Source of the DNA: Candidatus Omnitrophota bacterium
GTDB lineage: Bacteria > Ratteibacteria > UBA8468 > MWAK01
Assembly: GCA_043797665.1 (NCBI GenBank)
Contig: JAZDPL010000075.1
Coordinates: forward strand, 1-11,467
Direction: 5' to 3'
DNA length: 11,467 nucleotides
The translations under genes were made by a program, and so were the position numbers. This document shows positions 1 through 7,100 of the stretch, piece by piece; position 1 is the stretch's first letter; each line of letters opens with the position of its first letter. The notes beneath the pieces are model-generated. The model saw only the letters and a list, made by a program, of their open reading frames with translations, did no database searches and was not told where the DNA came from.

Positions 1-2
1 AC

Positions 3-47
3 CGCCGGATGATTGAGATGGCCAAAGGAGTTGTTCTTATGACTTAA
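3..47 (+). CDS. Possible 3' end of a convergent plus-strand gene (…RRMIEMAKGVVLMT*)
   Basis: Frame is open from the window edge to TAA at 45-47. The peptide loosely resembles the last beta-hairpin of ABC ATPases, but only 14 codons are visible. Confidence 0.35.
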   Translation, partial: RRMIEMAKGVVLMT

Positions 48-61
48 CTGAGCATGTTTTT

Positions 62-562
62 TCATTTGATATATTTGGGGAGAATATGGTATAATTTTTC
101 ATCTCTCGCAATCCCCCTCCTACCTTCCTCCCTACATAGATGTACCCTGGTAGACGGGGTGGTCGCCAGAATATGGACACGCGGGTCATAATCCAGAAGG
201 TACTGCTCATCCTGCACCTTGTATTCATAGACCGGCCACTTCTCCCAGTCCTTGACCGTATAACCTTCAATGGATTTCGTCACCGGATGTTCCGTGTCTT
301 TAAGGCTAACGAGATACTCCCGAATAAACGGATGGCCGGTAAAGACTCCCCCGAGCATGGCGATATACTCTGGAGAATCGCGGAAAGAATCTGCGGCCGA
401 GTGAATGCCCACGAAACCCTTGCCCCCGGCAACCCATTCTCCAATGCCACGCTTCTGCTCCACGCTTAGGGTACCACCAGTATGGTAGAGAACACAGATT
501 CCGGCAAAATCGTGACAACCCCCACCACCAAACAGAAGAACTCTCTTTTCCTCTTCAGACAT
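62..562 (-). pseudogene. ThuA-like (class I glutamine amidotransferase-like fold) gene, internally deleted and 3'-truncated
   Basis: Start at ATG 562 with SD GGAGGG. ThuA motifs present: GGCHDF, VLYHTGG, WVAGGKGFVGIHSAADSF, LGGVFTGHP, HPVT, DEQY and VHILAT. The segment normally lying between HDF and VLY is missing, and the C-terminal PxAW/GxGRVFYxxLGH region is absent. Confidence 0.75.
66..95 (+). promoter_or_regulatory. Putative sigma70-type promoter, antisense to the operon
   Basis: TTGATA (66-71), an 18-bp spacer containing the extended -10 TG at 87-88, then a perfect TATAAT (90-95). T-tract upstream at 57-62. Confidence 0.6.
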
Positions 563-1697
563 ACACCCTCCCATCCTGTCTAATTGAAATGAAAATTTTA
601 TAATAGTAATCGTCTAAAGTTTGGTGAAGATTTTTTATAGATTCATCATCCTTCTTTTTCCAGTACATTCCGTTATAACCAAAAATCATTAAAGGATGCT
701 CTTTTAAATACTTGAAGTGGTCTTTAATGGTTTCTTCCTCCTTGCCCAAAATTAATTCCTCGCCTACTGATAGGATAATCGGTTTCCCTTTTATCCTGCT
801 GATTGCCTGCTCCACGGTCAAAAAACCAGCACAGGCGCAGGGAATAATACCACATTCAGTATATCTGACTCCCGGTAATTCCTCAAGCGTAACCTCAAAT
901 ACGTGGGAACCGGAACAGGTGTGAATAGCAATCTCACCTTTCCAGAAATCGGTTAGTTTTCTATCGTAAGGGGCCACAAATTCTTTATATAAATCTTTTG
1001 AAATGAGATTGGACGAACATTCCGCGATGCGTTTAGTAGAGCCTATCCAGGGAACCCAGCGGCTTTCCGGTATCCAGTTTTTGAATAGTTGATAACATTT
1101 GATATAGTAATCTGTTACCAAATTCATCAAAAAATGGACCTTTTCCGGTTTGTCTTTCATCAGAAAAAATATCTCCGAACCAAGAATAGAATGAGCGATA
1201 TTAAACGGACCCTGCATATCAGGCAGACCAATTTTAAAATCTTCCGGAGTATATTCCAGATAAAAATCTATTTTTTCTTTCAATTTTTTAAAACGCTCTT
1301 CTTTTTCCGGCTCCGGAACTTTTATCTTTTCTATCTCTTCTATTGTTAAATGCTTTTCCACGCCTCCCGGATAAGAAGGATTTGGAGAAATCTTTATCCC
1401 GAAGCCGGCTGGCATAAAACCTGTTCCTTCACCTATATCAAGAGATAAACACGGAGCGGTAGGATTTTCCAATTGCAGGGGTTTCAAAATGCCGGCTATT
1501 TGGAAAACAAGTTTTTCTTCTGAACCTTCGGGTGGTTTCTCAATCGGGTCTTCCGGGTCAGCCTGCCGACCAATAGTTAAAGGGCAATATCTTGGTCTGT
1601 TGCCCTTTTCCAAATCAGCCCAGATATTAAAAAGATTTTTTTCTGGTCTTTTCCTAAGGGTGTCTAAAACCGTATCAATCGCTTCGGTTAAATTCAT
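555..1697 (-). CDS. Uroporphyrinogen decarboxylase / MtaA-CmuA methyltransferase superfamily protein (not canonical HemE)
   Basis: Motifs PDMQGPFNIAHSILG..PEKVHFLMNLVT, LISKDLYKEFVAPY and HxC (IHTC, 915-923). ATG at 1697 is preferred over the track's TTG at 1724; the SD is weak either way. Confidence 0.8.
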   Translation of the reverse strand: MNLTEAIDTVLDTLRKRPEKNLFNIWADLEKGNRPRYCPLTIGRQADPEDPIEKPPEGSEEKLVFQIAGILKPLQLENPTAPCLSLDIGEGTGFMPAGFGIKISPNPSYPGGVEKHLTIEEIEKIKVPEPEKEERFKKLKEKIDFYLEYTPEDFKIGLPDMQGPFNIAHSILGSEIFFLMKDKPEKVHFLMNLVTDYYIKCYQLFKNWIPESRWVPWIGSTKRIAECSSNLISKDLYKEFVAPYDRKLTDFWKGEIAIHTCSGSHVFEVTLEELPGVRYTECGIIPCACAGFLTVEQAISRIKGKPIILSVGEELILGKEEETIKDHFKYLKEHPLMIFGYNGMYWKKKDDESIKNLHQTLDDYYYKIFISIRQDGRVYV

Positions 1698-1742
1698 TTT
1701 GGTTCTTTCGTAAATAAGTTGCAAAGAATTTTATTTTGGTTC
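1696..1742. repeat. 10-bp direct repeat ATTTTGGTTC (1696-1705 and 1733-1742) bracketing the LamG / URO-D-like intergenic region
   Basis: Exact match read directly from the sequence. On the minus strand, GAACCAAAAT runs into the LamG stop (…AAAAT-AA) and into the next start (…AAAAT-G). Confidence 0.75.
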
Positions 1743-2513
1743 CGGTAGTTTAACTTCAAATTCAGATTCATAGCGGGCGATATTGGACAGGCGTAATTCG
1801 TCAATCAGCCCGTCAAACGAGTTCCAGCCCGGATTATTACCCCAGGCGCCGATGTAACCTTCTTCGTTATTCGATAGCGATGCCCCGGCCTTGGCGCTGA
1901 TATCTATTTTGCCGTTTTCTTTACCGTCAAGATATATCGCCATGCTACTGCTTCTTTTCACCACCAGGGCTACATGATGCCATTCGCCGGTTGTAACCAC
2001 GGTCGCTGCTCCGGCCAAGTTCACGTTATTCTCACTACCGCCGGGGCTGAAACAAATCTGCGCCCTGACCATCCCGTCCCCCCGGCTGCTGACGAAAAGA
2101 AAAATCCCGGGGATATATGTTATGGCCCCGTCAGCGAAGATGGCACATTCGCTTTTGAATGAATTCCCTTTTATCCAGGCCTCAATCGTAAAATCACCGG
2201 TGCCCAGGTCAAGGGTTTTGCTTATGCTACCCAGCCTAATGAAGCCGCTTTCCCCGTGAAAGGCAACCGCGGAACCGAATCTGCCCTGTTTTTCCCAGTC
2301 AGTATCGACGAGCTTGCCATCGTTTTTATTTACGCTGCTGTCTCCGGCTACCTGACCGGTACCTTCATCAAAATGCATTAAAAACAAGGTGCTTTTATCC
2401 GGTGTGAATGGTCCCGCAACAACTGCCTTTTCTGCTGCCAGGGCGCTTGTTGCAAAAAAGACCAGCGCACCTGCCAGAACCATTCCGGCAATTCCATTTC
2501 TCATCTTCTCCAT
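1731..2513 (-). CDS. Secreted LamG-like (concanavalin A-like lectin/glucanase jellyroll) domain protein
   Basis: Sec signal ending ALA|A; motifs HFDEGTG..DSS, GRFGSAVAF, FTIEAWIK, WHHVALV, IYLDGK and FDGLIDELRLSNIAR; SD GGAGG at 2520-2524. Confidence 0.9.
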   Translation of the reverse strand: MEKMRNGIAGMVLAGALVFFATSALAAEKAVVAGPFTPDKSTLFLMHFDEGTGQVAGDSSVNKNDGKLVDTDWEKQGRFGSAVAFHGESGFIRLGSISKTLDLGTGDFTIEAWIKGNSFKSECAIFADGAITYIPGIFLFVSSRGDGMVRAQICFSPGGSENNVNLAGAATVVTTGEWHHVALVVKRSSSMAIYLDGKENGKIDISAKAGASLSNNEEGYIGAWGNNPGWNSFDGLIDELRLSNIARYESEFEVKLPEPK

Positions 2514-2541
2514 ATTTTTCCTCCGTGTTCCCCATGAGTGA

Positions 2542-4092
2542 TTATCTATTTCCTAATTCAGCGGCGCCGGCATCGCAGTTGGTGGAACTTGCCATTATCC
2601 GTAACGGTTGTGACAACGAAGAAATATCCCATTTTGTTTTTATCCGCCACGCTACCTTCCTGGACTCTCCGGCCCGAATCTGCCCCAGCATTACGGTAGC
2701 CGGCGAAGAACCTTCTTCCAAAGAGAGGCCTCGCGGCAGAGACAGGGTTACCACCACCTCTCTGGCAACAGCCGCCTCAGGTGTCTGGTAAAAGGTTTCA
2801 TCTCTTGGATTTTGAATCTCGGCCGCCAACTCCAGAATAACGCCTTTTTTCAACTCTTTGCCTAAGGAAAACTCACCTGTCGTTCCGGGAAGAAAAACTT
2901 TTGCGGCAACTTTCAGGGGATAATAACGGTTGACCACATCCATACCGATATTCTCACGGGCGCAGTGCCGCCGGAGATGGTACGGTATGCTTTCTGTCTC
3001 AAGATTGTGTTCTTTTCCGGCAAGGGAAGGGTCCATATCATCATTAGCTCGGCCTTGAACACAATTGCCTTCACAGTAGAAGTAGTATCCCATATTCTGC
3101 GGGTCGCGGATTTTGGCGTTAGATACCGCCTCGGACCATCTGTTTAGGCGCTGGTGTCCGGAGTGCTTGAGGTCAAAAATGACCTGCCAGCCGCGCTCCC
3201 TGGCATATCGCCACGTTGCGGCATATGAGTCCGCGCTTTCCGGCCAGCCGATGAAACAGTCAACAATGCCGCCGTCAATCTCTTCCAGGTGAAAAGGGTA
3301 AAAATTCTGCAACGGAGAATACCCGAAAATCTCTGCATTTTCAAGCAGTTCGTGCCCCAGGGAATCAAAGGTGGAGGTGCCGCCCAGATGCCAGTAAAGA
3401 AGCATCTTATCCGGCGCTGCGGCCTTGATAACCCGATGTATTTCGGCAATGCTTTCCGTAAAGACCCGGCCCACCCAAAGAAAGGTCTCTTTGTCCCAGA
3501 CCAGAGGTTTGCCCCGCTCCTTTTCTATCTGGCCGCGATATTCCTCAAGGATGGAGGGCAAGTTCTTGGAATACATCTGGTCCTGGCAACCCCAGCAACC
3601 CGGCAATTCCTCGACAAAACTGAAGCCCACGACATTCTCCGGTTTGTTAATATCGCCTAACACCATTTTTATAGTTTTTTTCAAACCCAATATTATCGCT
3701 TCTCTGACCCCGGGTTTATAGCGGTAGTCAAATATCACGGCCACTCCGGAGTAACGTTTAGGATTGCCGAGGTGACAGACCGGGCCAAGTTGAACAATAT
3801 ATTTCTGCCTGGGGTTAATGGCCAGGTTGCGGTTAATGCGGTTCTTAATGGTGGAGGAATTTACCGGTGTGTTATTCTCGTGCAGGCAAATCCAATCAAA
3901 GCGCGCTTCGTCCAGAGGATTGTCACTGGCAACACCGGTATATAAACCATTACCCAGTTCCCAGAAACGTTCCCGCTCTGACTCAGCAGTACTTCGCATA
4001 CTCCCGAGTACCAGCCACATTATCAGAAAAAACACCACAAACAATAGGTTCCTTCGCAAATAAGCGCCAGGTGTCAAACTTTTGAACCACAT
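2542..4092 (-). CDS. Exported or membrane-anchored hypothetical protein; putative TIM-barrel glycoside hydrolase-like domain plus C-terminal Ig-like (NEW3/CARDB-like) domain
   Basis: 516-aa ORF with SD AGGGAGGT and an N-terminal hydrophobic stretch LLFVVFFLIMWLVLG. VVGFSFVEE and IHRVIKAAAPDKMLLYW resemble clan GH-A beta4/alpha4-beta5. The C-terminal AEIQNP..VVVTLSLPRGLSL..LGQIRAGESRKVAWRIK is an Ig-like pattern. The gene is very likely real; the function is speculative. Confidence 0.7.
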   Translation of the reverse strand: MWFKSLTPGAYLRRNLLFVVFFLIMWLVLGSMRSTAESERERFWELGNGLYTGVASDNPLDEARFDWICLHENNTPVNSSTIKNRINRNLAINPRQKYIVQLGPVCHLGNPKRYSGVAVIFDYRYKPGVREAIILGLKKTIKMVLGDINKPENVVGFSFVEELPGCWGCQDQMYSKNLPSILEEYRGQIEKERGKPLVWDKETFLWVGRVFTESIAEIHRVIKAAAPDKMLLYWHLGGTSTFDSLGHELLENAEIFGYSPLQNFYPFHLEEIDGGIVDCFIGWPESADSYAATWRYARERGWQVIFDLKHSGHQRLNRWSEAVSNAKIRDPQNMGYYFYCEGNCVQGRANDDMDPSLAGKEHNLETESIPYHLRRHCARENIGMDVVNRYYPLKVAAKVFLPGTTGEFSLGKELKKGVILELAAEIQNPRDETFYQTPEAAVAREVVVTLSLPRGLSLEEGSSPATVMLGQIRAGESRKVAWRIKTKWDISSLSQPLRIMASSTNCDAGAAELGNR

Positions 4093-4097
4093 AGAGC

Positions 4098-4105
4098 ACC
4101 TCCCT
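4098..4105 (-). promoter_or_regulatory. Shine-Dalgarno site of the 516-aa gene
   Basis: AGGGAGGT, 5 nt upstream of ATG 4092. Confidence 0.8.
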
Positions 4106-4131
4106 ACTTTTTCACCATGGACCGGTTCCTC

Positions 4132-7100
4132 TTACTTGCTTAGTTCAAGACATGTTCCATCACCGGCCGCTAACCTCACATTGATGATAGTTCTGGTGTC
4201 TTTTACCCGGGTTGAGACTGGAAATCCACCTTCTATGCCCAGGTCATTCACCCTGGTATATTTTCCTTGAATAGAAATCTCAGCGATTACCGGTTTATCG
4301 GAATTATGGTTGGTGATAAAAAGATATCTGGCACCGGATGCTGTTTCCCTTACTACATACCCGATAGCATCCGGAACATTGGCTTTCACCAGCGGTTCAG
4401 GGTAATATTCTTTCGCTTTCTGGAGCACAAAATCTTTAAAGCCGTTAATACCCAATCCGAAAGAGGACAGAAGAACACGTCCTTTTCCATAGTTAACCTC
4501 CGCCACCCCTATTTTGTTGCTATCCGCAAGTTTCATGAAGACTTTCGTGGCCGGGCCTGCATCTGCAAAGGTTATCTCATACAGCCAGCCTTTTACTGAA
4601 GTTGTTGTTTTTTCCACTTCGCCTGTCTTTGCTCCCAGCATGGGAATGGGTAATCCACCCGGAAGGGATTCTATTTTCACACCTTGTCCCTGGCCCGGGC
4701 CTGTAATACATTTTGCCTCAACCTTTGTCTGGAAAAAGGTATTTAACAGCCTGTTGTCCATCCGGGCATATTGATTGTAAAGACCCGCAGGACCATCAAG
4801 TATTAGCGCGCCGCCATTTTTCACCCAGGTGATGATTTTATCAATCAATTCCGCCGGCAGGTACGTGCCTACCGGAATAATAATAAGGTGAAATCTATTT
4901 AAATCTTCTTTCCCGTTGATTACATATTCCTCCGGTATTATAAAGGTTGGATAATCGTTCTTGTAGAGCCAGTCATAAATTATTTCTCCTTCATTCTTGA
5001 CTGCCCAGTTTGGATAAAGATTTGAGAGCGGGTCCAGAATTATCGCAGTGGTGGGATTGAGTATGCCCACCCCGGTCTCTGCGATTTTGGTCTCTCTCAA
5101 AAGGTCACCGAATTTCATTGCCCGGTTAACGGATACTCTGATTGCTTCTGCTTCCCGGACCGGCAAAACGAACTTTTCATCATGGAAGTTTCCGTAATAA
5201 CTTTCTTCACCACTGGCGAAGAAAGTGCGAGCCCACAGGTCAAATCCCCGACAACCCCAGGACATATACATCCAAAAACCACGAAGTCCAGCAGCCTTTA
5301 TTTTTTCGCTGGGATTGGGCTCACATCCCTCAGCCCCATATGTTACATATTCTGCATCTGCAAAAATTGTGTTGTGGTAGCGCGGGCCCATGTAATTAAA
5401 AGCCGCGGTCACCGGTAATGTAGCATAGTGCGTGTTAGAAATGTCAGTGCTGGCCATCAAGTCAGCAAGATTCCAGCCATGGTCTGGTGCCATGTCAAAT
5501 GTGCTGTAAGGCGAGAACCAGGTGGGGTGGTTGGGGTCTGCTTTCTTATAGGTATCACTCACCATCTTTACGTAATTGGAAAAAGTCTTCTGCCGGAATC
5601 TTTCATGTTCGTAGATGAGTGCGGAGGGCTCGCGTGGTTTAGTTGCATCCTGAGTGGGAAGTTCAATCTCCTCAAAACTTTTGTAGGTACTGCTCCATAG
5701 TTCATTAAGGGTTCCAATGGTTCCGTGTTTATCTTTTAAATATTGCTGGAAGGATTTTTTGGCAAGTTTTCCATAGCCTCCGGGTATCATTCCTTTACTG
5801 CTCCAGACTTTGAACTGGGCTTCACTACCGATACAGACGCCGACGAAGTCTTTATTGTTCCTCCAACTTCTTCCGGCCGATTCCATTACATTTTTCACAT
5901 ACTCAATGTACCCCGGGTGGTAAAGATTTCCGGTCACCATTGAGGGATGTGGTTCTGCTTTTTCTCCCTGGGCACCAGTCGCCCAGAATTCCGGGTCATC
6001 TTTGTACTTCTCTATTAGCCAGTCTGGGGTGGGCCCGTTTAATCCACCGTGGAAAATACCGGTGGCAGGCGTAGTTTTGAATCCGAAACGCTCATTCCAT
6101 TCTATCCAGGTTTTTCCCTGGTCAAGGTCACTGTGAAAAAAACCGTCTTTGTCTACCCAGCAGCCAATGACATTGAAAAGAGTTTTCACGCCCAGAATAG
6201 TGTGCGCTTCATACATATAGCGGGGATGGATCTGGAAAAAATCGTCCGGCCAATAAGAGTTCCCAAATCCATGAAAGACAATTTCCTTTTGAAACGCATT
6301 GAAGAAACTTTCCTGGTTAGGTTTTAATTCAGGGAAATCAGGGAATTCCCCAAATTTGTACCAGGGAAAACGTTTAGCATCAACCATCTTCTGCAGAATA
6401 TTTTGGAAAAGTTTTACGTCCTGGCAACATTCCTGTATCTGCATGCGGATACGGTTGTTTCCGCCCTCTACCTCTGCGGCCAGTGTTTTGTATTCATTCC
6501 ACTTTCCGTCAGCAATGAGAACCAGCCCTTGATGGTAATGAGTATCAATCCTCTCTTCTTGTTGGATGAAAGCACATAAGAGATCAGCATCGGCTTTTTC
6601 TATTTCCGGTTGCATTCTTTTCTTTAAGTAGTTTGTCGCTCGCTCGGCCTGGCGAAATTTCTCGGAATACCTGCCGCGTTCCACCACCCGATAAAGGTGT
6701 TCTCGGGAAAACAAACCCCAATTTGCTTCCCACTGATTAAGTTGTTCTATCTGGTTTTTCCTCAGTGGAGCAAGCCGGACTTCTTTAATTATTACGGGCT
6801 TACGAAAAGTAAAGGTGAGTGTCTTTATTTCTCCTGGGTTCCTGAGCGGTATGGCTCTGGTTTGCCACCGCGCCAATTTCCACGGTTCCAATCCTTGCTT
6901 ACTACTGCCATATCTCAAGAAACTCCCCTTACTTGCACCTACTACAATGTCCACCCGATTGGAATCCCAGTGTTTGTATTCATTGAAGTAATCAATAATA
7001 ACAAAAATGTTTTCACCGTCGGCAATTCCGGTCTGTGCCGCATTGATTGAAAATGTCAGTTTGAACTCGCCAGTACCAAGAAAATTTATTCCGCACTGGC

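Noticed and set aside
140..469. 109-aa plus-strand ORF just downstream of the putative promoter
   Set aside because: It is the antisense shadow of the ThuA-like gene, has no SD (the upstream DNA is C/T-rich) and shows no recognisable motifs.
563..574. ATG at 574 as the ThuA-like start
   Set aside because: The GGAGGG SD lies between 574 and 562, which supports ATG 562.
555..1724. Calling the URO-D-like gene hemE, or using the TTG start at 1724
   Set aside because: The RQAGR motif is incomplete, an HxC motif is present and there is no tetrapyrrole context. TTG 1724 has no SD and lies only 6 bp from the upstream stop.
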